The notes under the pieces are model-generated. The model made no database searches and had not been told where the DNA came from. It saw nothing but the letters and a program-made list of their open reading frames with translations. This document shows, in pieces, positions 39,165 to 48,074 of a stretch of DNA of 64,000 nucleotides (position 1 is the stretch's first letter; every line of letters begins with the position of its first letter). The DNA is from Tagaea sp. Its GTDB lineage: Bacteria; Pseudomonadota; Alphaproteobacteria; CACIAM-22H2. Position numbers and translations under genes: made by a program. The stretch covers positions 32,001 to 96,000 of the forward strand of contig CBDIIB010000002.1 in NCBI GenBank assembly GCA_965279525.1, read 5' to 3'.

Positions 39165-39590
39165 CTAGAAGTCGGTCTTCGCCCCCGGCAACGCCGCAAG
39201 ACCGGCCTTCGCGACCTCGAGATCCTGGTCGCCCGTGCCCGAGCCCACGCCGATGCCGCCGATCGTGTGGCCGTCGACGACGATGGGCGTGCCGCCCTTG
39301 ACGTTGAGGAGCTTGCCTTGCGTGGCGATCGCAAGGCGGATGTCGAGCCCTTCGGCCATGCCGCCGGTGGGCACGCGGCTCGAGGCCGCCGTCATCGCCT
39401 TGCGGGTCGCGGAATCGACCGACAGGATCTTGGCCCCGTCCATGCGCGCGAAGGCGAGCAGGTTCGCCCCGTCGTCGACGATGGCGATGCATTGCGGCAC
39501 GCCCATCGCTTTCGCCTTGGCGACGGCAGCGGCGAGCATCTTGTGCGCGCCTTCGTAGGTCAGCTTCAGCGAGGGCAACGTGTCGGGCAT
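39165..39590 (-). CDS. GlcG/HbpS family heme-binding protein
   Basis: IAIVDDG..FARMDGA, KAMTA, GGTPI, GGIGVG..QD. Confidence 0.9.
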   Translation of the reverse strand: MPDTLPSLKLTYEGAHKMLAAAVAKAKAMGVPQCIAIVDDGANLLAFARMDGAKILSVDSATRKAMTAASSRVPTGGMAEGLDIRLAIATQGKLLNVKGGTPIVVDGHTIGGIGVGSGTGDQDLEVAKAGLAALPGAKTDF

Positions 39591-39772
39591 GTCTGATCCG
39601 TCCGGTTCGATTGCAAGGGCCGGCAGGATGCCAACAAAACGGCCCGCGACGCCAGCTTCGCAGGATTAACCATTTCCGCCGCCATTCCGCGAATGGCCGC
39701 CATGCGGCTTCGTGCTGGAAACCGGACGCGCGCGTCCTATCTCCGCCGGTCCCGGCCTTTCCGGCCGAACCA

Positions 39773-40756
39773 ATGGGAGCGCTGGTCCAACAGATGCGGC
39801 TCGATTTCGAACACCCTGCTTTCGGCCGGGCCGGCGCGCATTTCGCGGTCAGCACGTATCGCGAGATCGTGTTCCGCGTCGAGCTCGGCGAGCTGAACGC
39901 CAGCATCGATCTCGACCAGGTCGCGGGAACGTTCGGCCTGCCGCAGGGTGCGCGCGACCGGCGGCTGCTGAAGCTCGTGCCGGCGGCGATCCGCTACCGC
40001 CGGCGCATCTGCAGCGGCGACGTGCTGCCGAGCGAGACGATCGATGGCAGCCCGTCCTGGGCACCCAAGCCGCATCTGCTGATCCGCGCGGTCCGGCGCA
40101 TCGGCCATGCATTGGGAGCGCCGGGCCTGCTTTCCGACAATTCGCCGCCGGCCGACGGCATCGCGCGCGAGGCGCTGGAGAACCTGGCGCGCGTGGTGCG
40201 CGACCGCTGCAATCCGCGCGAGCTCGATCTTGCCGCCGCCGACATCGCGCAGGTCGCGATGGATACGGCAAGGGTCGACTGGCTGTGCCGTGCCGTGATC
40301 GGACTGCAGCAGGACGTGGGCGCCGTGGCGCGCCTGGCCGCCGGCCGGCAGAACGCGCCGCGGGGCGAGAGTGCGCGCGCGATCGCGCACGGGATGCGCG
40401 ATGCGGTCGTCTGGGCGTCGACGCTTGCCATGCGCCTCGACGCCGTCGTCGCCGATCCGCTGCGCGCTTTCGGTAACATCGACGATTTCAGGCGGCGCCT
40501 GTGGCCGGGACTCGCATCCTTGCGCGCCTTCGCGCTCGACATCGAGCCGTTCGCCGCCGCGTGGGGCGAAGCGCGCGACCGGCGCGGCGGGCCGACCGAC
40601 CCCGATCTCGAGGCGCTTTACCGCCTTGTCGCCGCCCGCTACCAGCCTTTCGACGCCCGCGCGTTCGAGTGGCGCCGCATCCAGCCCGAACTTCTCGTCC
40701 CGACCGGCGCATCGACGCCGACCGACGATGCCAGGGGAGCAAATGTCGATGAGTGA
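39773..40756 (+). CDS. hypothetical protein
   Basis: Long ORF filling the gap and overlapping the next gene; start could be 39794. Confidence 0.6.
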   Translation: MGALVQQMRLDFEHPAFGRAGAHFAVSTYREIVFRVELGELNASIDLDQVAGTFGLPQGARDRRLLKLVPAAIRYRRRICSGDVLPSETIDGSPSWAPKPHLLIRAVRRIGHALGAPGLLSDNSPPADGIAREALENLARVVRDRCNPRELDLAAADIAQVAMDTARVDWLCRAVIGLQQDVGAVARLAAGRQNAPRGESARAIAHGMRDAVVWASTLAMRLDAVVADPLRAFGNIDDFRRRLWPGLASLRAFALDIEPFAAAWGEARDRRGGPTDPDLEALYRLVAARYQPFDARAFEWRRIQPELLVPTGASTPTDDARGANVDE

Positions 40757-41246
40757 GGACAAGCCGATGCTCGAACTCTGCCGGTACGAGGAGCTGGATC
40801 TTTCCGGCCTCGCCGGCTTTCCGATGCTGGCAAGGTGCCATGCGGCGTGGCTGGCGGCGTGCACTGCAGGCGCGCTGCCGGCATCGATCGACATCGCCGA
40901 CATACCGGCCGACACGCTGCCCTATACGATGCTGCTCGATTTCCTGCCGGAGATCCGCGACGTGCGCGTGCGCATCGCGGGCAACTATGTCGGCGAGCGG
41001 TCCGCCTTCGGCGACAGCGGCCGGGGCCTGCGCGGGTTCTTCAACGAGACCGACGCCGGCATCGTCTTCGAAAGCCTCGTGCGCATCGCGCAGCTGCGGC
41101 TGCCGAGTCTTGCCCGGCGCGACTACGTGTCGATCGAGGGACGGCGCTACGGCTACACGCGCCTGATCATGCCGCTGTCCGCCGACGGGCGCACCGTCTC
41201 GGGCTTTTTCAAGACGATCGAGCCCGCGTCGTTGCTCATCGTTTAG
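40743..41246 (+). CDS. PAS domain protein (PAS_5-like)
   Basis: W..LP..ID..LP...RVRIAG...YTRLIMPLSADG pattern; GGGGAG RBS. Confidence 0.7.
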   Translation: MSMSEDKPMLELCRYEELDLSGLAGFPMLARCHAAWLAACTAGALPASIDIADIPADTLPYTMLLDFLPEIRDVRVRIAGNYVGERSAFGDSGRGLRGFFNETDAGIVFESLVRIAQLRLPSLARRDYVSIEGRRYGYTRLIMPLSADGRTVSGFFKTIEPASLLIV

Positions 41247-41257
41247 GCGCCGGCGCC

Positions 41258-41289
41258 AAAGAAAAAGGCCGCGCCCGGAGGCAGCGGCC
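41258..41289 (-). terminator. intrinsic terminator
   Basis: ggccgctgcctccgggcgcggcc followed by tttttcttt on the minus strand. Confidence 0.8.
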
Positions 41290-41340
41290 CGAAGTTGGGG
41301 AGAAACCTGTCCACCAGGGCGAAACGCCCCGCGCGACATG
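41258..41340 (-). ncRNA. candidate trans-acting sRNA (SuhB/alpha-r8/MmgR-like architecture)
   Basis: 5' stem-loop, unpaired UUUCUCCCC seed, then GGCCGC..GCGGCC-UUUUU terminator; sigma54 motif directly upstream. Confidence 0.75.
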
Positions 41341-41350
41341 GCTTATCCAA

Positions 41351-41366
41351 AGCATGTTCCGTGCCA
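41351..41366 (-). promoter_or_regulatory. sigma54 (-24/-12) promoter
   Basis: TGGCACG-GAAC-ATGCT versus consensus TGGCACG-N4-TTGCW; one mismatch, exact GG-N10-GC spacing. Confidence 0.75.
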
Positions 41367-41368
41367 AT

Positions 41369-43447
41369 TCAGGCCGGGCGGATCCAGATCGCGGTGTCGT
41401 GGAACACCGCACCGCCGGCCGGGAAACCCGGATCGGCGGAGACCAGCACGTTGATGCCGATCCCTTCCTCGAACGCGTCGTTGGGCCAGATGCTCTCGAC
41501 CACGATCGTCCCGCGCAGCAGCCCGTCGAAGGCCTTGGCCGAGATCACCAGCGAGCCGCGCTCGTTGCCAAGGCGCAGGCGCATGCCGTCGGTGGCGCCG
41601 ATGGCGGCCAGATCTTCGGGATGCATCATCGCGGCCGGCCCGACCTCGCGCGCGATCGAGCCGGGCGTCTCGGTGAAGGTGGAGTTGAGGTAGCTGCGCG
41701 CCGGTGCCGCGACCAGCCGGAACGGCTTTTCGGGCGTGGCGGCATCGAAGTTCGTCATCTGCGTGGGCAAGGCCGGCATGCCCTGCCAGGCCACGCCGAT
41801 CTTCGACCAGTCGGCCTTGAAGTGCCAGCGCCGGTCTTCGTGGCCGAACCCTTCGAGGAAATGCGCCTTCTCGAACGGCAGCGCCCGGTCGTGCCAGCGC
41901 CCGGCATGGACCGCGTCGGCCGACGGATAGCCCGAGGCCTTCAGCGTCCAGTCGATCAGCTCCCACTCGGTCATGGCGAAACCGGGATGCTTGGCACCCA
42001 GCCGGTGCGCCAGCTCGCGATGAACCTGGTGGTTGGTCCGGCATTCGCCCAGCGGCTCCACGACCTTCTTGGTGACCTGGAGATAGGTGTGGCCGCCCGC
42101 CTGATAGATGTCGTCATGCTCGAGGAACGTCGTCGCCGGCAGCACGATATCGGCCATGCGCGCGGTGTCGGTCAGGAACTGCTCGTGCACGCACACGAAC
42201 AGGTCGTCGCGCAGGAAGCCCGCGCGCACCTTGGCAAGCTCGGGCGCCACGTTCATCGGGTTGGTGTTCTGGATGAACAGCGCGTTGACCGGCGGCCCGT
42301 CGCCAAGGTCGCGCCTGTCGCCGGTCAGGATCGGGCCGATGCGGCTCTGATCCAGACGGCGCACGCGCGCGTCCATCACGTCCGAGCCTTCGATCATCGT
42401 CTTGTCGAGGCCGTAGATCGACGACTGCGCGTAGAGCGCCCCGCCGCCTTCGTGCTGCCAGGCCCCCGTGATCGCGGCAAGCGACGCGGCGGCGTGCATT
42501 GACGAAGCGCCGTTGCGATGGCGCGCGAAGCCGTAGCCCAGCCGCAGGTAGCTGCGCTTCGTCGAACCATAGAGCCGGGCGAATTCGCGGATCGTCGCGG
42601 CTGGCACGCCGCAGATCGCCTCGGCCCATTCGGGCGTCTTGTCGGCGACATGCGCTTCGAGCTCGTCCGTGCCGGCGGCATACTTCGCCATGTAGGCGCG
42701 GTCGGCGAAGCCTTCGGCGAACAGCACGTGCATGACGCCCAGCGCCAGGGCCGCGTCCGTGCCCGGCTTCAGCATCAGATGGAGGTCGGCCTGCTCGGCC
42801 GTCGGCGTGCGGTAGGGATCAACGACGACGAGCTTGGCGCCACGCGCCTTCCGGGCGCGCGCGATATGCGTCATCACGTTGACCTGCGTGGAGACGGGAT
42901 TGCCGCCCCACACGACGACGAGATCGCTCTGCGCAATCTCGCGCGCGTCGGTGCCGCGCTTGACGCCGGCCCCGGCGAGCCAGCCCGCGTCGGCCAGCGT
43001 GATGCAGATCGTCGAATACTGGCGCGACCAGCCCATCGCGTGGCGCAGCCGTTCGATCCCGTCGCGCTGCACCAGCCCCATCGTGCCGGCGTAGAAATAG
43101 GGCCACACCGCCTCGGCGCCGTCTTTGGCGGCGACCTGTTTCAGCCGGTGGGCGACCTCGTCGAGCGCTTCGTCCCACGAAATCGGGGCGAAACCGTCGC
43201 GCTTGCACCCCTTCGGGCCGACACGGCGCAAGGGCTGCGTCAGGCGGTCGGGATGGTGCTGGCGCTCGGCATAGCGGGCGACCTTCGCGCACACCACGCC
43301 GGCCGTATAATCGTTGTCGCGGGCCCCCCGGACCTTGCCGATCCGGTGCGCGTCCAGACGCTCGACCTCCAGCGCGCAGACGCTCGGGCAGTCGTGCGGG
43401 CAGGTCGAGTTGCGCCAGTCGGGCAAAACGGTGCTTGAATCGGGCAT
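41369..43447 (-). CDS. molybdopterin oxidoreductase family protein
   Basis: CPHDCPSVC...CAKV Fe-S motif, WDEALD, DIVLPATTFLE, C-terminal MopB binding domain. Confidence 0.92.
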   Translation of the reverse strand: MPDSSTVLPDWRNSTCPHDCPSVCALEVERLDAHRIGKVRGARDNDYTAGVVCAKVARYAERQHHPDRLTQPLRRVGPKGCKRDGFAPISWDEALDEVAHRLKQVAAKDGAEAVWPYFYAGTMGLVQRDGIERLRHAMGWSRQYSTICITLADAGWLAGAGVKRGTDAREIAQSDLVVVWGGNPVSTQVNVMTHIARARKARGAKLVVVDPYRTPTAEQADLHLMLKPGTDAALALGVMHVLFAEGFADRAYMAKYAAGTDELEAHVADKTPEWAEAICGVPAATIREFARLYGSTKRSYLRLGYGFARHRNGASSMHAAASLAAITGAWQHEGGGALYAQSSIYGLDKTMIEGSDVMDARVRRLDQSRIGPILTGDRRDLGDGPPVNALFIQNTNPMNVAPELAKVRAGFLRDDLFVCVHEQFLTDTARMADIVLPATTFLEHDDIYQAGGHTYLQVTKKVVEPLGECRTNHQVHRELAHRLGAKHPGFAMTEWELIDWTLKASGYPSADAVHAGRWHDRALPFEKAHFLEGFGHEDRRWHFKADWSKIGVAWQGMPALPTQMTNFDAATPEKPFRLVAAPARSYLNSTFTETPGSIAREVGPAAMMHPEDLAAIGATDGMRLRLGNERGSLVISAKAFDGLLRGTIVVESIWPNDAFEEGIGINVLVSADPGFPAGGAVFHDTAIWIRPA

Positions 43448-43535
43448 GGCCGGACGGTACGGGAACGGGGCCGGACGAGGCAAGCCCCCGCCCGCCATCC
43501 AACTTGTCTGCCGACAACTTCGAGGTTCGTCCCCA

Positions 43536-44948
43536 ATGTCCGAGTCCTGGATCGTCAGCCTGTCCGCCCGCGAGATCGCCGCGCGCGTGAAGTCCCGCGA
43601 GATCACCGCCACCCAGGTGCTGGACGCGCACCTCGCGCGCATCGCCGCCGAGAACCCGAAGGTCAACGCGATCTGCACGCTGGCCGAGGACAAGGCGCGC
43701 GGCTGGGCGGCGGAACTGGACGCGAAGGTCGCCGCCGGCGGCGATCCGGGCCTGCTCGCCGGCGTGCCGGTCGGCATCAAGGACGTGAACGCGACGGCCG
43801 GCATCCTCACCACCTACGGCTCGACCACGATGGCCGACAACGTGCCGACCGAGGACGCCGCCGTCGTGGCGCGCATCAAGGCGGCCGGCGGCATCGTCAT
43901 CGGCAAGACCAACACGCCGGAGTTCGCGGCCGGGGCCAACACCTACAACGACCTGTTCGGCGCAACGCGCAATCCGTGGGACCTGCGCATGTCTGCCTCC
44001 GGCTCGACCGGCGGCGGGGCGGCCGCCCTTGCCGCGCGCATGGTGGGGCTTGCCGACGGCTCGGACCTCGGCGGCAGCCTGCGCACCCCGGCCGCGTTCT
44101 GCGGCGTGGTGGGCCTGCGGCCAACACCGGGTCTGGTACCCATCCATTCGCCCAACAAGCCGTTCGATGCGCTCGCGGTCGCGGGCCCCATGGCGCGCGA
44201 CGTGGAAGACTGCGCGCTGTTCCTTGCGGCCATCGCCGGCCCCAGCCCGCTCGATCCGCGCGGCTTTTCCATCGCCGGGCGCGACTTCGTCGCCGCGGCG
44301 AACGCGCCGCTTGCAGGCCTGCGCATCGCCTATGTGTCCGACATCGCGCGCATCGGCGTGGACAGCGAGATCGACACGATCTGCCGGGCGGCCACCTACC
44401 AGCTCGGCACGTGGGGGGCCACGGTCGAGGAGATCGAGCTCGATCTTTCCTTCGCGCGCGAGGCGTTCCTGCAGCTGCGCGGGCAGTGGATGGTGCAGTC
44501 GCATCTCGAGCGCCTCCACCTTGTCGACCGCTTCAATCCCAATCTTTCGGGCAATATCCGCCGCGGTCTCGCCCAGGGGCCGATCGATATCGCCAAGGGC
44601 GAGCACGCGCGTGCGGCCCTCGTGCAGCGCTGGGCGGCGATCTTCGAGACCTACGATGCCGTGTGCTGCCCGTGCGCGCCCGTCTCGCCCTTCCCGGTCG
44701 AGCAGAACTATCCCGAGACGATCGACGGCAAGAAGATGTCGAGCTACATCGACTGGGTGGCGCCGACGTTCCTCGTCACGATGGCGGCGTTGCCCGCGAT
44801 CTCGGTGCCGTGCGGCCTGACGGCGGCGAAGCTGCCCGTGGGCCTCCAGATCGTGGCCCCGCGCCACGGCGAGGAGACGACGCTGGCGGCCGCGCGCGGC
44901 GTGGAGCGCATGCGTCCGATCGGTATTGCGCCGTCACACGGCGGCTGA
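43536..44948 (+). CDS. amidase signature family protein
   Basis: GVPVGIKD, GKTNTPE, SGSTGG, GSDLGGSLRTPA. Confidence 0.93.
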   Translation: MSESWIVSLSAREIAARVKSREITATQVLDAHLARIAAENPKVNAICTLAEDKARGWAAELDAKVAAGGDPGLLAGVPVGIKDVNATAGILTTYGSTTMADNVPTEDAAVVARIKAAGGIVIGKTNTPEFAAGANTYNDLFGATRNPWDLRMSASGSTGGGAAALAARMVGLADGSDLGGSLRTPAAFCGVVGLRPTPGLVPIHSPNKPFDALAVAGPMARDVEDCALFLAAIAGPSPLDPRGFSIAGRDFVAAANAPLAGLRIAYVSDIARIGVDSEIDTICRAATYQLGTWGATVEEIELDLSFAREAFLQLRGQWMVQSHLERLHLVDRFNPNLSGNIRRGLAQGPIDIAKGEHARAALVQRWAAIFETYDAVCCPCAPVSPFPVEQNYPETIDGKKMSSYIDWVAPTFLVTMAALPAISVPCGLTAAKLPVGLQIVAPRHGEETTLAAARGVERMRPIGIAPSHGG

Positions 44949-45932
44949 ACGGCCCAGCACCCAGCGCGCATAGAGGATCTGCACGGCGAACGGCACGGCG
45001 ATCGCGAAGCCCGCACTCGCGTCGAGCCACAGTGCGGCGCTGCCCTGGAAGGCGGCCATCGCGGCGAGGAACGCCGCGACCTTGCCGTGCGCGAAACCGG
45101 CCTGGTTGAGGCGCTGGTAGAGATGCGTGCGGTGGGCGGCGAACACGTTCTCGCCTGCCATCAGCCGGCGCATGGCCGTGACGATCGTGTCGAACAGGAA
45201 ATGCATCAGCACGAGGGGCACGAGCCAGACGAGCTTGCCGTCGGTCGTGGCCCCGGCCGCGAACACGCCAAGCCCGGCGAACGCGAACCCCAGGAACTGC
45301 GAGCCGACATCGCCCATGAACACGCGCGCGGGCGGCAGGTTGAGCGCCAGGAACCCCGCGCACGCGGCTGCCAGCACGAAGGCGAGGCCGGCCAGCAGGT
45401 CGGCTCCCGCCAGCAGCAGGGCAAGGCCGAGGAAGATCGCCGCGACGACGCCCGTGGCACCGGCAAGCGCGTCGAGCCCGTCCATGAAGTTGTAGGCGTT
45501 GGTGAGGCCCACGAACCACAGGAAGGTGAGGGCGGGGCCGAACGCGCCAAGCTCGACCGGCCCGTAGCCGGGCACGTAGAGCCGTTCGATGATCGCCCCG
45601 CCGCCGATGGCGACGAACGCGGCCAGGAACTGCGCGCCGAACTTGATCGCGGCTCCCTGCGGGCGCGCGTCGTCGGCAAGGCCCGCAAGGGCGGCGATGG
45701 TGGCGCCAGCCGCGACGGGGGCGGCGACCGGCATGCCGGCCGCGAGAAGCCAGCCGCCGGCGAGCGTGCCCAGCACCAGCCCGATGCCGCCGCCGCGCGG
45801 CGTGGGCGTCTTGTGCGACGAGCGCGCGTTCGGCCGATCGACGAGAAGGCGCAGACGCGCCATCGCGAAAGCGCCGGCAAAACCGGCCAGCAGGGCCAGC
45901 AACAGGGCTGGCAGGAGGAAGTCGGGACCCAT
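44934..45932 (-). CDS. MraY/WecA-like glycosyltransferase family 4 protein
   Basis: PNARSSHKTPTPRGGG, GLADD, NFMDGLD, FMGDVG, AHRTHLYQ. Confidence 0.92.
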   Translation of the reverse strand: MGPDFLLPALLLALLAGFAGAFAMARLRLLVDRPNARSSHKTPTPRGGGIGLVLGTLAGGWLLAAGMPVAAPVAAGATIAALAGLADDARPQGAAIKFGAQFLAAFVAIGGGAIIERLYVPGYGPVELGAFGPALTFLWFVGLTNAYNFMDGLDALAGATGVVAAIFLGLALLLAGADLLAGLAFVLAAACAGFLALNLPPARVFMGDVGSQFLGFAFAGLGVFAAGATTDGKLVWLVPLVLMHFLFDTIVTAMRRLMAGENVFAAHRTHLYQRLNQAGFAHGKVAAFLAAMAAFQGSAALWLDASAGFAIAVPFAVQILYARWVLGRSAAV

Positions 45933-46112
45933 CTCCCCTTGCTAGCCCGTCGGCACGGCCCTTATCAACCTGCTTGCGCCGCCCCGGGGCGAATGCCTAA
46001 ACTTTGGGCGATCAATCCGGAAATTGACGGAACGTCAAAGGGTTACCGCCGTAGCCGGACTGGAATGGGCGTTGCATCGTCCGATGCTCGGCACAGGCAA
46101 GGCGAGAGAGCG

Positions 46113-46886
46113 ATGAACAAGGACCACATGATCGTCTACGTCACCCCGGTCGCGACCGTGGTCGGCATGTTCGTGTTCTGGGAAATCGCGTGCGTCGCCT
46201 TCAACATCCCGGTCTTCATCCTGCCGCGCCCGAGCGTGATCTACGAAACGCTGATCCAGCGCTGGGGGCCGATCTGGCACAACGCGCTGTTCACGCTGGC
46301 GACCACGCTTGGCGGCTTCGCGCTTGCCGTCGTCGTCGGGCTTTTCACCGGCCTTGCCATCGGCGCCTCGCGCGTCGTCTATGCCGGCCTCTATCCCGTG
46401 CTGATCGGCTTCAACTCGATCCCGAAGGTCGCGGTCGTTCCCGTCCTCGTCATCTGGTTCGGCATCGGTGCGGTTCCCGCGGTCCTCACCGCGTTCATGA
46501 TCGCCTTCCTGCCCATTGCCGTGAACGTCGCCACCGGCCTTGCCACGATCGAGCCCGAGATGCGCGACGTGCTGCGCTCGCTGGGCGCTCGCAAGACGCA
46601 GATCCTCTGGAAGGTCGGCATCCCGCGCTCGCTGCCCTATTTCTTCGCCTCGCTGAAGGTCGCCATCACGCTCGCCTTCGTGGGCTCGGTCGTGGCCGAG
46701 ACGGTCGCGTCCAACGAGGGCATCGGCTACCTGATGATCGCGGCGTCCTCGCGCTTCGATGTTCCCCTAGTTTTTGCCGGGCTACTCGTCATCGCGGTGA
46801 TGGGCGTCATCATGTACGCCATCACGGTCGCGATGGAGCAGCATTTCACCGGCTGGGCGACGCGCGGGCAGGAAGGTTCCACGTAA
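46113..46886 (+). CDS. ABC transporter permease (NitT/TauT family)
   Basis: FILPRPS, IPKVAVVP..WFG, VGSVVAE. Confidence 0.9.
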   Translation: MNKDHMIVYVTPVATVVGMFVFWEIACVAFNIPVFILPRPSVIYETLIQRWGPIWHNALFTLATTLGGFALAVVVGLFTGLAIGASRVVYAGLYPVLIGFNSIPKVAVVPVLVIWFGIGAVPAVLTAFMIAFLPIAVNVATGLATIEPEMRDVLRSLGARKTQILWKVGIPRSLPYFFASLKVAITLAFVGSVVAETVASNEGIGYLMIAASSRFDVPLVFAGLLVIAVMGVIMYAITVAMEQHFTGWATRGQEGST

Positions 46887-46953
46887 GGCTTGTATCGCGG
46901 GCGGGATTCGTCGTAACGCCACCTTTCCGTTTCCTTCGAAAGGTGGCCCTGCC

Positions 46954-47301
46954 ATGTCGATCAAGTACATCAATCCCGGCCCGCGCATGAGCGCTGGCAC
47001 CGTCCACGGCTCGACCGTCTATCTCGCCGGCCAGGTCGCCGACGATCCGGTGCCGGACGCCAAGAAACAGACGGCCCAGATCCTCGCGAAGATCGACGAG
47101 CTGCTCAAGCAGGCAGGCACCGACAAGACGAAGCTCCTGTCGGCCAACATCTGGCTTTCCGACATCCGCTATTTCCCCGACATGAATTCGGTGTGGGACG
47201 GCTGGGTCGCCAAGGGTCACACGCCCGCGCGCGCGACCGTCGAAGCCAAGCTCGCCGGCCCGCAGTTCTGGGTCGAGATCATGGTCGTCGCCGCGATCTG
47301 A
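46954..47301 (+). CDS. RidA family protein (YoaB-like)
   Basis: VYLAGQV, MNSVWDGW, PARATVEA, VEIMVVA. Confidence 0.9.
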   Translation: MSIKYINPGPRMSAGTVHGSTVYLAGQVADDPVPDAKKQTAQILAKIDELLKQAGTDKTKLLSANIWLSDIRYFPDMNSVWDGWVAKGHTPARATVEAKLAGPQFWVEIMVVAAI

Positions 47302-48074
47302 GAACGCACGGCAAGCAGCTGGGCGGCGGTCGCGATGGCGATCGCGTGCGGGTGCTTGTCGGATATGCCGGGGATGCCGACCGGGCACACGAGTGCCCCG
47401 GTCGGCACACCCTTGGCCGCAAGGCGTGCTTCGAACCGCGCGCGCTTGCTGGCCGAACCGATCAGCCCGACATAGGCAAGGTCGCCGCGCCGCAAAAGCC
47501 GCTCGACGAGGACGAGGTCGAGATCGTGGCTGTGCGTCATCACCAGTGCCATCGCACCCGGCGGCACGTCGCGCACGCGGTCTTCGGGGAACGGCTCGAC
47601 ATGCTTCGTCGCGTTCGCCGGCAGTACCGACGGGAATTGCGCTTCGCGCGCATCGACGAGGGCGACTTTCGCGGGCAGCCCGGCTAGCTGGTGGACGAGG
47701 GCGAGGCCCACATGGCCCGCCCCGAAGATCCAGACGTTCCATGGCTGCACGACGAACGGCTCGACCAGCAGCGACACGGTCCCGCCGCAACACTGGCCAA
47801 GTGCTGGCCCCAGCGCGAACTTCTCGATCCGGGGTGCCGTCTCGCCGGCTTCGAGCATCGCGCGCGCGATCCCGATTGCCTTCATTTCCAGATGCCCGCC
47901 GCCGACCGAGCCGGTCTGGCCCGTCGCCGCGACGACCATCTTGGTGCCGCCTTCGCGCGGACTCGAGCCTTCGACCGCGACGATGGTGACAAGCGCGCAG
48001 GATTCGCCCGCGTTGCGGTGGCGCTGCAATGCCGCCAGCCAGTCGTCGGACGCGACGGGATGCAGCACGGTCAT
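47217..48074 (-). CDS. xdhC: xanthine dehydrogenase accessory protein
   Basis: GSSPRE, GGGHLE, LGQCCGG, FGAGHVG, MTHSHDLD, GLIGSASK. Confidence 0.92.
   Translation of the reverse strand: MTVLHPVASDDWLAALQRHRNAGESCALVTIVAVEGSSPREGGTKMVVAATGQTGSVGGGHLEMKAIGIARAMLEAGETAPRIEKFALGPALGQCCGGTVSLLVEPFVVQPWNVWIFGAGHVGLALVHQLAGLPAKVALVDAREAQFPSVLPANATKHVEPFPEDRVRDVPPGAMALVMTHSHDLDLVLVERLLRRGDLAYVGLIGSASKRARFEARLAAKGVPTGALVCPVGIPGISDKHPHAIAIATAAQLLAVRSQIAATTMISTQNCGPASLASTVARAGV

Noticed and set aside
39611-39635. TGGCA...TTGCA upstream of the GlcG gene as a sigma54 promoter
   Set aside because: Spacing between GG and GC is much longer than the required 10 nt
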